In this document: piece after piece, positions 31,096 through 40,091 of the stretch | Numbering within the stretch: the first letter of the stretch is position 1 | Layout of the letters: the number at the start of each line of letters is the position of its first letter | Source: a virus | DNA: 64,000 nt | Reading direction: 5' to 3' (one strand) | Virus record (IMG/VR): IMGVR_UViG_3300021364_003460 | Span: 126,866 to 190,865 of that record | Position numbers and translations under genes: made by a program | The notes under the pieces: model-generated | Databases searched by the model: none | Told to the model about the DNA's origin: nothing | Seen by the model: the letters and a program-made list of their open reading frames with translations, nothing else

Positions 31096-31124
31096 TATCT
31101 AATTTATAAAATCTAAATTAGATA
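31096..31124. promoter_or_regulatory. 10-bp inverted repeat just upstream of the sheath start
   Basis: TATCTAATTT/AAATTAGATA with a 9-nt spacer, 4 nt from the ATG at 31091. Confidence 0.4.
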
Positions 31125-31156
31125 CTAAAGAATACTTAATTGTTATTGGTATGCAA

Positions 31157-31900
31157 TTACTTCATTAAGTCAACTTCTAAAGATATATCTTCAAGAGGAA
31201 ACTGCCATATCTTTCTCCAATCTCTTGTCATATATCCATTTAATCTTATTAGTAGATAACCTCTAGTATCTAATACTGAAGTTCCTTTTTCCCAGGGTAT
31301 TGTAGGTAAGTTAATATGTATAGGCTCCACTTTACCTAATGTACTATATATATTATTTCCTAAAGGGAATCTCCATTGATGAGAAGTATCTTCTAAAGCT
31401 AACCTAGTTAATTCTATATATTGAGTAACAACATCTAAAGCAGGATTAATATATAAATCTACTTCTTTAGTTTCTCTATTTACCTTACCTATATCTTTAG
31501 GAAACACTACATGATTCTTGGGTACTTTAATTAAAGCTTCATCTTCAATTCTATTCTGACCATCTACATTAATACTTCTATAACTGTAGTCAATAATAAA
31601 GTGATATTTAGCTTCATCTTCATTAGCAACCCCTAAATTATAGCTACTATAAATAACTGAAGCATTAATAGTAGCAGGACTAGTTAAGTTATTATCAACA
31701 AATAAAGGATAGATAGAGCAAGTTAATCCATCATTAAGTGGAAATCCCCCTAAACCTAACCTATACTGAGATATTTCTATAGGTTCTCCAGTTAAAGTAT
31801 GTTTAACTAATCCATTATTAAGTAAAGGGTGGTTTACTAAAAAATAGTAAATAGAATAGTAAAGAGTAGTTATAGAAGGTGCAGCAATATTATCTAACAT
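31157..31900 (-). CDS. Probable neck/tail-terminator protein
   Basis: Position between head genes and sheath; size 247 aa; no diagnostic motif. Confidence 0.45.
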   Translation of the reverse strand: MLDNIAAPSITTLYYSIYYFLVNHPLLNNGLVKHTLTGEPIEISQYRLGLGGFPLNDGLTCSIYPLFVDNNLTSPATINASVIYSSYNLGVANEDEAKYHFIIDYSYRSINVDGQNRIEDEALIKVPKNHVVFPKDIGKVNRETKEVDLYINPALDVVTQYIELTRLALEDTSHQWRFPLGNNIYSTLGKVEPIHINLPTIPWEKGTSVLDTRGYLLIRLNGYMTRDWRKIWQFPLEDISLEVDLMK

Positions 31901-33950
31901 ACCAGTAACCTATTCCTTTCTGTTGAGTAAAACTAATTTTGTCTTTAATTGCTTGAATAGTAGAATTAGGAGTAAAGTTAACTTTTTCTGCACCTAACTT
32001 TCCATTACTATTTCCACCATCTATAGTAGGATGTCTTCTTAATGAAGTGGGTATCAAGACAGCATCTACAATAAGTGACCTTGGTTTAGGTTTATAAGGA
32101 GTTCTTTCTATAAGACTTGTACCTGTAGCTATCTCTAAACCTTCAGGTATCTGCAATATATCAATTACTTCTTTAACTTCTTCTTTAGTTCTCTTAAATG
32201 CAGTAAACTCTAAAGCATGAGGATATACTAAAGCTGATAAAACATCTGTATACTGACTTATGGTATAAACTGCTTTTAATACTTCTAAAGCTACATCTTC
32301 AGCAGTAGCATTTACCAAATTAATATCTAGTGTTTTATCTGTAGAGTTTAAGAAAGAGAATATTTCAGGAACATCAGTTAATTTAGTAGAAGCACACCTT
32401 AATTTTAGTAATCCTGTTACTGAAGTAAATCCTTCTTCTAACTTAAAATAGAAAGTATTAATTAAACTATTAGAAGCTGCTGAACTCTCCCTACCTCCTA
32501 TAGTCTTAAGAGTACCTTCTTTAACATCTAATAGTAGGGATTTTGGTCCAAGTTTATCTAATTTAGTAAAATCATTTTCTAAACCATACAATAGACCTTC
32601 TACATAATCTTGAGATATGTTTCTATATGTACTTAAGTTCTCATGAGGGCTAAATAATAATTCCCAATAGTCAGCAGAACTATTAGGTACATTATCTAAA
32701 GAATCTTGTTTACATACATAGCTTCTAGAGTTGTAGTCTACTATATTACCTATAGAGTAGTTAGTAGAGTTATCCCAAGTCCCTATATAAGTAAAACTGG
32801 GTATATTAAGTTGAGATAACTTAGTAGTAGCTAAACTAACTTTATCTAAAGTATAAAACTTCAGAATAATAAGCTCTCTGTTAATTACTGAAGATACTCT
32901 TCTAGGACTAAAAGATAAGTAGTCTATTCTAGGTTGTAATTTAAAAGTGGCTGGCTTTCTATCATAAGTTTTATCTACTTCATTTGAATATAACTTCTGT
33001 TTAAAAGTAGATATAGAAGTAGATAGTAGAGTACCAAGGTTAGGTGCAGCTATTATATTAGTATCTCTAGTTAAGCCAGCATCATTTAAACTATCAGCTA
33101 GATTAGTAATTATATCTTCTGAAGTATCTCCAGATTTAATAGTAAATGTATCTTCTAATGGAGGGAATATAGTTAACTCTGGATTTAAGAATCCTGTATC
33201 TGTAGAACTAACTGACTCAAATTCTGTACCTGATATAAAATAATATCCAAATGCTATTTTGTCTGAAGAAATAGTTAAAGATTCTAGAATCTTAACATTA
33301 GCAGAAGGATATGCTTGCTCTATTACAATTCTTTCATCTACATTACCTACATTAAACCAGTTAGCAGGTAATGTAGTCTTATCAATATCTAATGAAATAT
33401 AAATACTTTGCTGAAGAGTTGTTTCAGTATTTATAGTAGATGCAGCAACATTTAATTCATTTCCTTTATATAACTCTACTATTCTATCTAAGTCTTCAAA
33501 TGCTCTCTTTTCAATATTCTCTCCTAAATCAATATTCTTAATATCTGTATTGATAGGAATACTTTTTATTAAAATAGCAGCAGTTAAGGAGGCAGCTACA
33601 TTAGTAATACCTTCTGAATAAGGACTACTAACATCAGTCATTAACCTTATGATATTCTCATAAAGAGTATGCCTTAAACCATCATTACCTGGAGAAGCTA
33701 ACTGAGATTGAGCAAAAGCTAAAGTAGCAAACAGAGGAGAGTTATCTAGGTTCTTAGCAGCAGCCAATCTTAACCCTATTCTTGGATAAACTTGTCTAAT
33801 AGCTATATTGATAACATCATTAGGTCTTCTTTGGTAGCTTTCAAGAATGACTGAATTAGAAACTACCATATTAACAAAATCTGTTGATATGGAATTAACA
33901 AATGCTTCTATATCTGGATTGCCTGAAAAACCACCAAAAGAGTTAACCAT
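31890..33950 (-). CDS. Probable head-tail/neck protein with inserted CBM5/12-like module
   Basis: Position; GTWDNSTNYSIGNIVDYNSRSYVC...DYWE at 32655-32789. Confidence 0.5.
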   Translation of the reverse strand: MVNSFGGFSGNPDIEAFVNSISTDFVNMVVSNSVILESYQRRPNDVINIAIRQVYPRIGLRLAAAKNLDNSPLFATLAFAQSQLASPGNDGLRHTLYENIIRLMTDVSSPYSEGITNVAASLTAAILIKSIPINTDIKNIDLGENIEKRAFEDLDRIVELYKGNELNVAASTINTETTLQQSIYISLDIDKTTLPANWFNVGNVDERIVIEQAYPSANVKILESLTISSDKIAFGYYFISGTEFESVSSTDTGFLNPELTIFPPLEDTFTIKSGDTSEDIITNLADSLNDAGLTRDTNIIAAPNLGTLLSTSISTFKQKLYSNEVDKTYDRKPATFKLQPRIDYLSFSPRRVSSVINRELIILKFYTLDKVSLATTKLSQLNIPSFTYIGTWDNSTNYSIGNIVDYNSRSYVCKQDSLDNVPNSSADYWELLFSPHENLSTYRNISQDYVEGLLYGLENDFTKLDKLGPKSLLLDVKEGTLKTIGGRESSAASNSLINTFYFKLEEGFTSVTGLLKLRCASTKLTDVPEIFSFLNSTDKTLDINLVNATAEDVALEVLKAVYTISQYTDVLSALVYPHALEFTAFKRTKEEVKEVIDILQIPEGLEIATGTSLIERTPYKPKPRSLIVDAVLIPTSLRRHPTIDGGNSNGKLGAEKVNFTPNSTIQAIKDKISFTQQKGIGYWYVR

Positions 33951-33951
33951 T

Positions 33952-34422
33952 TTATTTATATTCTTTTTCTAATATGTACTCAATAGCATTAACTTTATTA
34001 GTATAGAGTTCTAAACCTAAACCTTCTGCAATAACTCTAACTTCAGCAGCTTTCATTTCTTCAAGCTCATTTTTTCTATCTTCTAAAGAAATAGTAGGTT
34101 CTGTTACTTTAGACTCTTCAGCTAACTGTTCTTGAGTTTTAATTACAGGAGCTTTAACTTCAATAGGTTCTACTTTAATTTCTGTAGTTACTATAGAAGT
34201 ATCAGCAAATATACCAACTCTATTTTTAAAATCTTGTTTAATGTTTTCTTCTACATACAGCCAACCCTTCTTCATATAAGAGCTATCTAAAATAAACTTT
34301 AGTTCTTCTAGCTGCTCTGATAAAGAAGGGTCAAAGTACATACTATCTCCACATTGTTTATAGCTAGGAGAGCCATAAGTGTATGTGAAGTTAGTCATTA
34401 CTAAAACCCTAACTTCATTCAT
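33952..34422 (-). CDS. Head-associated protein with C-terminal HeH/Rho-N-like domain
   Basis: LEEMKAAEVRVIAEGLGL...K..AIEYIL after a charged linker. Confidence 0.5.
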   Translation of the reverse strand: MNEVRVLVMTNFTYTYGSPSYKQCGDSMYFDPSLSEQLEELKFILDSSYMKKGWLYVEENIKQDFKNRVGIFADTSIVTTEIKVEPIEVKAPVIKTQEQLAEESKVTEPTISLEDRKNELEEMKAAEVRVIAEGLGLELYTNKVNAIEYILEKEYK

Positions 34423-34426
34423 TTAT

Positions 34427-35530
34427 CTATAGTCCTGTGTCATAAGTATAGTTAATTGCAGAGATAGCAGTGCCATCCCAAGTAATTCTTGCTAACTCAC
34501 AAGGATAAGCATATTGAGTGAGTCTCTTTAACTCAGGTTGAGGCAAACGTACTGTACCTGACAATGCTTGGTTATCTAAGAAAATAGGATTCATTCTACC
34601 TAAGAAACTAGATACTTGTCTGTCTAACCATTTAGTTACAATGTAACCTTTATAAGTTTGACCAATATCAGTTGTACCAGGAAGGATGTACTCTTGAATT
34701 ACATAGTGAGAAGCAGAGAAAGTATAAGCAGTGCCAGCTTCATCAGCAGCTATAATAGCAGCACTTACATCAGTACCATTGTTATCTAACTGAGCATCAC
34801 TTAAAGAAGCATAAGATTTAGCAGTCTTAATAAGCCATAAAGCTGAACCAAACTGAGAAGTAGCATCAGCTCCAGTTAGGATTTTACGTACAGTATTAAT
34901 CTCTCCTAACTGAGACTTAAGAGTTCTAAACTCACTTCTTGTTTTACCAGGAAATACATTAGGAGAAGCAGTATTATCTACATATTGCAATTCACCAATT
35001 ACAAAATCATAACCTGTAGGAAGCAATGCTTTAATAGCAAATTTAGGATCTTGTAATCTTTCTACTTGTTGATAGTAAGCATCATAGTTAGCAATGTCAG
35101 CAGTAGTAGGATTAAAATATCTAGCTTGTTTAACCTTAGCAATTCCACCAGCAGCATTGATTTGAGCTAATACATCTGAAGGAAAGAATCTGTAAGCAAT
35201 AGCTTCACCTTTAGAATTTTGAGCCACATAGTAATCTAAATCAGCAGCTTCAGCAGCAGATTGGGAAGCAGGTTCAGTATAAGAAGCAACTGCAAAGATA
35301 GCATAATCTTTGTTAGCTTCCATTAGACTAGCTACGTTACCTAAATCTAAGGCTTTAGTTGCTTTGAATCTTTCACCATCTAACTCAACTTCTAAGTCAG
35401 TAAAAGTTACTGTATCTCCAGTGTAGGAAGCAGTTCCCTTGTCAGTAACCAAAGTAGTTACATAAGTTTTAGTAACCCCTTTAGTTCTACCTGCTTTCTG
35501 AATAAAATGAATTGGATCTAATAAAGGCAT
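34427..35530 (-). CDS. Probable capsid decoration/minor capsid protein (367 aa)
   Basis: Directly downstream of MCP; Ala/Thr-rich; shares the codon style of MCP. Confidence 0.45.
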   Translation of the reverse strand: MPLLDPIHFIQKAGRTKGVTKTYVTTLVTDKGTASYTGDTVTFTDLEVELDGERFKATKALDLGNVASLMEANKDYAIFAVASYTEPASQSAAEAADLDYYVAQNSKGEAIAYRFFPSDVLAQINAAGGIAKVKQARYFNPTTADIANYDAYYQQVERLQDPKFAIKALLPTGYDFVIGELQYVDNTASPNVFPGKTRSEFRTLKSQLGEINTVRKILTGADATSQFGSALWLIKTAKSYASLSDAQLDNNGTDVSAAIIAADEAGTAYTFSASHYVIQEYILPGTTDIGQTYKGYIVTKWLDRQVSSFLGRMNPIFLDNQALSGTVRLPQPELKRLTQYAYPCELARITWDGTAISAINYTYDTGL

Positions 35531-35566
35531 ATTTAATTTATCTCTAATATTTTAAATAGTTATGTC

Positions 35567-35588
35567 AGGAGACTTTAGGTAGCCTCCT
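35567..35588 (-). terminator. Stem-loop after MCP (attenuator/stabiliser)
   Basis: Minus strand AGGAGGCT-ACCTAA-AGTCTCCT; the G-U pair fits the minus-strand RNA; no strong U-tract. Confidence 0.5.
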
Positions 35589-35603
35589 TAAGTAGTTTCA
35601 GTA

Positions 35604-36902
35604 TTAGTAAATTCCTAAACTTGTATCACCTAAGATGACCAAACGTTTTTGGATATCTTCAACTTCACATACTGTCATGTGAACTACATTTTCTGGATAC
35701 TTCAGATAAACCATACCTGTGTTACCAATTTGGAAAGCATAACCAGGAGCATTTGGGGGAGGTACATCCATAGAAGTTCTAGTCCACAGACCAGGTTTTC
35801 CACCCATCTCTTCAGAAATACAGTATTGAGTTCTACCAGGTTGCTCACCTTGGTTAGATACAAAGATTACTTTATTCTTGGGCATGATACCGTGATAAGT
35901 ACCATCTCTAGGATCTTTGAACTTAACATTAACTGTATAAATAGGAATACCTGCAATAGCTGTAATGTTACCAGTATTATCTACAGCTAGACCATTTAAG
36001 CCTACTCCGGCTCTATCAATGATAGTAGGTTGAACAGAGACAGTAGAATCTCCAGCTTGTGCACCAATTTTAGGAATCCAACCACCTAAAGCTAATACAA
36101 TCTGTCTGTTCATAGACAGTACGTATCTCATTTCAGGGTGCATGTACATTGCTGTCAGAGGCTTTTCATAAGTCATCTGATACCAATGAGCAATGTTTCT
36201 AACACACTCTACAATAGCTGCATCTGGGTGAGTCCAGGGTACACCTAAGTTAGCTGCTGCTGGATCTTCAACATTACTATCTACAATGTTTCTAAACCAA
36301 GCATGTTCCTTTCTACCTTTATAACCATTGGTTACATTGTAGGCAAATAGGTTTCTAGCAGGAATGTTAGAAGGAATTTCTACATGATGATTAGTTCTAG
36401 GGTCATCAAACTCAAACCCACCACATAGCATATAAGTTCTGATTACATCCCATGTAAGTTCATGAGCCTGCATCATTTCTTTTACTTTGACTTGGATTTG
36501 TTCAGCAGGAGACCAACGTTGGTTAGTTGTACCTGGCTTAACTTTAGAGTTAATTTCACCATGATTCACATAAAATGAACCTCTCATGTAGAAAGGTTGA
36601 ACCATCCAACGTGACATCATTTTGCCAGACTGACTTAAGAAGGTATCTGGCATACCTCTTTGAACTAAAGGTAATGTTGTACCAATAGGTTCATGATATT
36701 GAACAATCTCTACTGTAGTAGCTTCTACAGTTTCTTCAGGGAATAATGTTTTAACTGCTGAGGTATCTAAAGTAGGTTTAATACTTTCAGCCAGTTCTGT
36801 AATGCTTAAATGACCACCATAATAATCTGAATCTACAATTACCTTATCAGTAACTAATGGTCCAAAGTTAGTTGGCAGCCCTTGTTGATAAATAGGAGAC
36901 AT
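35604..36902 (-). CDS. Major capsid protein (HK97 fold, lambda gpE-like)
   Basis: Follows protease/scaffold; IVQYHEP..TLPLV.RG, E.TWD.I...L.GG, IAGIPIYT, MPKNKVIF. Confidence 0.8.
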   Translation of the reverse strand: MSPIYQQGLPTNFGPLVTDKVIVDSDYYGGHLSITELAESIKPTLDTSAVKTLFPEETVEATTVEIVQYHEPIGTTLPLVQRGMPDTFLSQSGKMMSRWMVQPFYMRGSFYVNHGEINSKVKPGTTNQRWSPAEQIQVKVKEMMQAHELTWDVIRTYMLCGGFEFDDPRTNHHVEIPSNIPARNLFAYNVTNGYKGRKEHAWFRNIVDSNVEDPAAANLGVPWTHPDAAIVECVRNIAHWYQMTYEKPLTAMYMHPEMRYVLSMNRQIVLALGGWIPKIGAQAGDSTVSVQPTIIDRAGVGLNGLAVDNTGNITAIAGIPIYTVNVKFKDPRDGTYHGIMPKNKVIFVSNQGEQPGRTQYCISEEMGGKPGLWTRTSMDVPPPNAPGYAFQIGNTGMVYLKYPENVVHMTVCEVEDIQKRLVILGDTSLGIY

Positions 36903-36930
36903 ATTTTATTTTCTATAAATATTTATTTAA

Positions 36931-39024
36931 TTAAACAAGAGACTTTTTATTAGCTAGTGTTTTGTTTTCTTCTACTAATTGTTGAATAGATGCTTGCAGA
37001 GTATTAGCAGGAATTACAGCAGAAGTCTGACCAAACTGTTGCAATACAACTGGCTCAGAATTAACTGCACTAATCAACATATCTTTGATAGCTTTAACAA
37101 CTGGAAGTTCAGTTTCAACTACTTGACCATCAGCAGCTTTAGTAGATAACTTAACTACGGTTTGTTTGGTATTTAAAGCTTCTTGTACTTGTGAAAACTT
37201 TTGAATTAAAACAGGAGGAATACCATAGGAAGCTAACTCTTTTTGCTCTTGCAATTTAGCTTGATTAGTTAAACTTGTAGAGAAAGCTTGAGTTACTTGT
37301 TCTTGGTTAGCTAACTGAGATTTAAGAGCTTCAATTTGGCTATTTAAACCACTAACTACAGTTTCATATTTAGAAGTAACAGCATCTACAGCAGACTTGG
37401 TAGATTCAGCAGCTTGACTAGCAAACTTTTCAAATAGAGCATTAATGTCTACAGAAGGTGCAGCTACAGGTACACTAACCTCTTCTTCTTTTATAGCAGG
37501 CTCTTCATTAATAGTTTTATTAACAACAGGTGAATCTGCATTAGTAACACTTGGTTCTACTTTAGATTCACTCTCTTTAGTTAACTGAGATACTACTTCT
37601 TCAGCTAACTGATCTGGAGTTTTTTCTAATGTCATATTAAGTTCAGGTGGAGTTTCCTCTTGTATAGGAGGGTTATTATTTTCTTGTATATCTGTTGACA
37701 GTTTTATTACAAAGGGAACTGAGTTAGGTAGGCAATTGTCTTCTGTATTACTTTGTTGAGAAAGGGCTTCTACTTTAGTATCACCAAAGGGTATAAAAGG
37801 AGAGTTTGTCAAAGCTACTCTCATCAAAACAGTACCTTTATTAACTCCAGTAAACTTATCTTTGTAGTTTCTTAAAAACTCACCTGAAGAGTATTCATAT
37901 TCACCATTTTTAACTAAGTTAAATACATCTTCCTTAGCTTCAAATAAACCAAATAAAACATCATCATCTTCCTCCCAACCTTTTAAATCACCTTTCTTTA
38001 ACTCACCATCTACAGTTTTGTAAGGTAAGTCAGTTGGGTGCCCATAGGTAATATAAGGAGTAAAACCTAATACTTCTTTAGATGACTCTTTCTTAATCTG
38101 CTCAAAGTCTTGGTCAGTAAAGCTAACTAAACCATGTTGATCATGAAACCAACTACCTTTCTTAGCAATAGGAATCTTAACCATTCCATTAGAAAGTAAT
38201 AGAGGTAAATTAGGTAGTTTTGACTGAGATAACTTTTGTTTAGATTTCTTAGCTTTAGCTTTTTCTTTCATTGACTTGTATTTATTTAGAAGACTCTGAC
38301 CTTTAGCAGCTAGTCTTCTTACAGCAGCTAATGTAGTAGGTGCAGGTTCGCCCCATTTGGTTGCAGCCAAAGCAAAACGGGTTAATTTTCCATTAGGCTT
38401 TTTAAGAGGGGGTATATCTTTTCTGTTATAAAATCTAAGTAAGAATTTTGACTTCCTATAGTAATCATTTAAAGTTTTAGGAGTACCTTGTACACCAGAA
38501 CGCAACTTTGAGCCTGTTTCTCTATTTAGCTTACGGATGCCCTCAGGGGTTAATCCTCCATCTCTATCTTTATGTTTACCCATTTTTAAAGAAACAGATT
38601 TAGATGAAGATAACTCTTGAGTTTCTGTAGATAAATCATCAGCTAAATTTTCTAAGATAGCTTCAAACTTATAGTTTTCTAGTTTAGGGTCTTGAAGTAA
38701 ATCTAATATGTATAGAAAACCTTCATCCTCCTCTTCCAAATCAGCAATACTTTGAGATAAACTATAAGTTTCCTGTTCATCTTCAGGACAAGGTTGTACC
38801 CAAAACCTACAATGACCTTCAGAAGAGATAGTACCTTCTACTAACTCACAACTTTTAGCTTCTGCATTAAAGAAACAACACTTTTGGCAATCATGATCAA
38901 TCTCAGGAACTTCTACATACATAGCTTCCTCTTTAGACCATTGACCTGTTTCTTCTATAATCTCTTCAAAAGTATCTTCTAATATCTCTTCTTTATTACC
39001 ATCTAATTTATTATCAATCATCAT
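36931..39024 (-). CDS. Prohead protease/scaffold (Mu gpI-type) with N-terminal HiPIP-like and basic accessory domains
   Basis: IPIAKKGSW.H...F...F; YITYGH; YEYSSGEF...Y.DK.TG; VLMRVALTNSPF; C-terminal coiled-coil; C46/C49/C59/C72 motif. Confidence 0.8.
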   Translation of the reverse strand: MMIDNKLDGNKEEILEDTFEEIIEETGQWSKEEAMYVEVPEIDHDCQKCCFFNAEAKSCELVEGTISSEGHCRFWVQPCPEDEQETYSLSQSIADLEEEDEGFLYILDLLQDPKLENYKFEAILENLADDLSTETQELSSSKSVSLKMGKHKDRDGGLTPEGIRKLNRETGSKLRSGVQGTPKTLNDYYRKSKFLLRFYNRKDIPPLKKPNGKLTRFALAATKWGEPAPTTLAAVRRLAAKGQSLLNKYKSMKEKAKAKKSKQKLSQSKLPNLPLLLSNGMVKIPIAKKGSWFHDQHGLVSFTDQDFEQIKKESSKEVLGFTPYITYGHPTDLPYKTVDGELKKGDLKGWEEDDDVLFGLFEAKEDVFNLVKNGEYEYSSGEFLRNYKDKFTGVNKGTVLMRVALTNSPFIPFGDTKVEALSQQSNTEDNCLPNSVPFVIKLSTDIQENNNPPIQEETPPELNMTLEKTPDQLAEEVVSQLTKESESKVEPSVTNADSPVVNKTINEEPAIKEEEVSVPVAAPSVDINALFEKFASQAAESTKSAVDAVTSKYETVVSGLNSQIEALKSQLANQEQVTQAFSTSLTNQAKLQEQKELASYGIPPVLIQKFSQVQEALNTKQTVVKLSTKAADGQVVETELPVVKAIKDMLISAVNSEPVVLQQFGQTSAVIPANTLQASIQQLVEENKTLANKKSLV

Positions 39025-39105
39025 ATAAACAGATAATTATCCTAGTATGTAAAATCTGCTTATATTTATAGTGGCAGTGTAATTTATTAAAGTAGGCTAT
39101 TTAAA

Positions 39106-39591
39106 ATGAGGGGACCACTTCACCCAACTAGGATTGATATACCTTTAGAAACTAGAATTAAAGTAATAAATGAATTAGGAGTATTATTAGCTTCCTGTTC
39201 AGATATGTATGCACAAGCAAAGCAAGCTCACTGGAACATTAAAGGTAGTAGATTCCAAATGTTACATGAGCTATTTGATAAGGTAGCTGAACCTTTCCCA
39301 AGTTATGTAGACGCTTTAGGAGAAAGGATAACTGCATTAGGGGGCACTGCTATGGGAACTGTTAGGATGGCGGCTATTTCTAGCATCCTTCCTGAGTTCC
39401 CATATACTGAGTTTTCTGAAGAAACTTATCTTGATGCTATTGCTAATAGACTAGCTATTATGACAAAAGCTTTTAGAGAGAAAGGTAATATTATTAAAGA
39501 AGCAGGAGACCCAACTACAGAAAACTATCTGTTGGAGACTGCTATGGAAATAGATAAATTATTGTACTTTGTAGAAAGTCATCTGAATTAG
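39106..39591 (+). CDS. dps: Dps ferritin-like DNA-protection protein
   Basis: AKQAHWNIKG..F..LHELFD, D..GERI..LGG, DPTT, IDK.L.F.E.H. Confidence 0.92.
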   Translation: MRGPLHPTRIDIPLETRIKVINELGVLLASCSDMYAQAKQAHWNIKGSRFQMLHELFDKVAEPFPSYVDALGERITALGGTAMGTVRMAAISSILPEFPYTEFSEETYLDAIANRLAIMTKAFREKGNIIKEAGDPTTENYLLETAMEIDKLLYFVESHLN

Positions 39592-39613
39592 AAAACTATA
39601 ATATAATAAACTA

Positions 39614-39647
39614 AAAGAGAGCTGGCTGTAATAAGCTAACTCTCTTT
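39614..39647 (+). terminator. Probable intrinsic terminator after dps
   Basis: AAAGAGAG-C-TGGCT-GTAATA-AGCTA-A-CTCTCTTT. Confidence 0.55.
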
Positions 39648-39665
39648 GTCATTTGAGGAGATTAT

Positions 39666-40091
39666 ATGAAATACAAACTAGAAACATTACTGGCTTTTAG
39701 AGCATTAAAAGAGACTATTTGGAAGTCTATTAAGAATGCAACTATTACAGATAACTTAGTATTAGAATTTGAAGCAGACTTAAAGAGTAACAAGGGTAAA
39801 CATAAAAAACAACTTAAGAATTTACTAAAGCAGCCTATACAAGATGAATATAAAACTTTGTTAACTGCTGAAATGTTAGCTGAGGGGTACTTATGTATAC
39901 CTATTAAAGGAGGCTGGGTAGTTATCAACCCTCAAGGTGAGAAATATGACTTAACTGAGAATGACTGCTCCTGTAATGATAAGACTTTATTAAATTATGA
40001 TGGTCCTTGTAAACATCTTGTGTTTAGAGATGGTTTAAACTTATATAGAAGTAGAGTTAACCAAGAGAAGATTAAGAGAGGCTTAACCTAA
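39666..40091 (+). CDS. SWIM zinc-finger protein
   Basis: YDLTENDCSC...PCKHLVF (CxC...CxH); GAGGAG SD. Confidence 0.8.
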   Translation: MKYKLETLLAFRALKETIWKSIKNATITDNLVLEFEADLKSNKGKHKKQLKNLLKQPIQDEYKTLLTAEMLAEGYLCIPIKGGWVVINPQGEKYDLTENDCSCNDKTLLNYDGPCKHLVFRDGLNLYRSRVNQEKIKRGLT

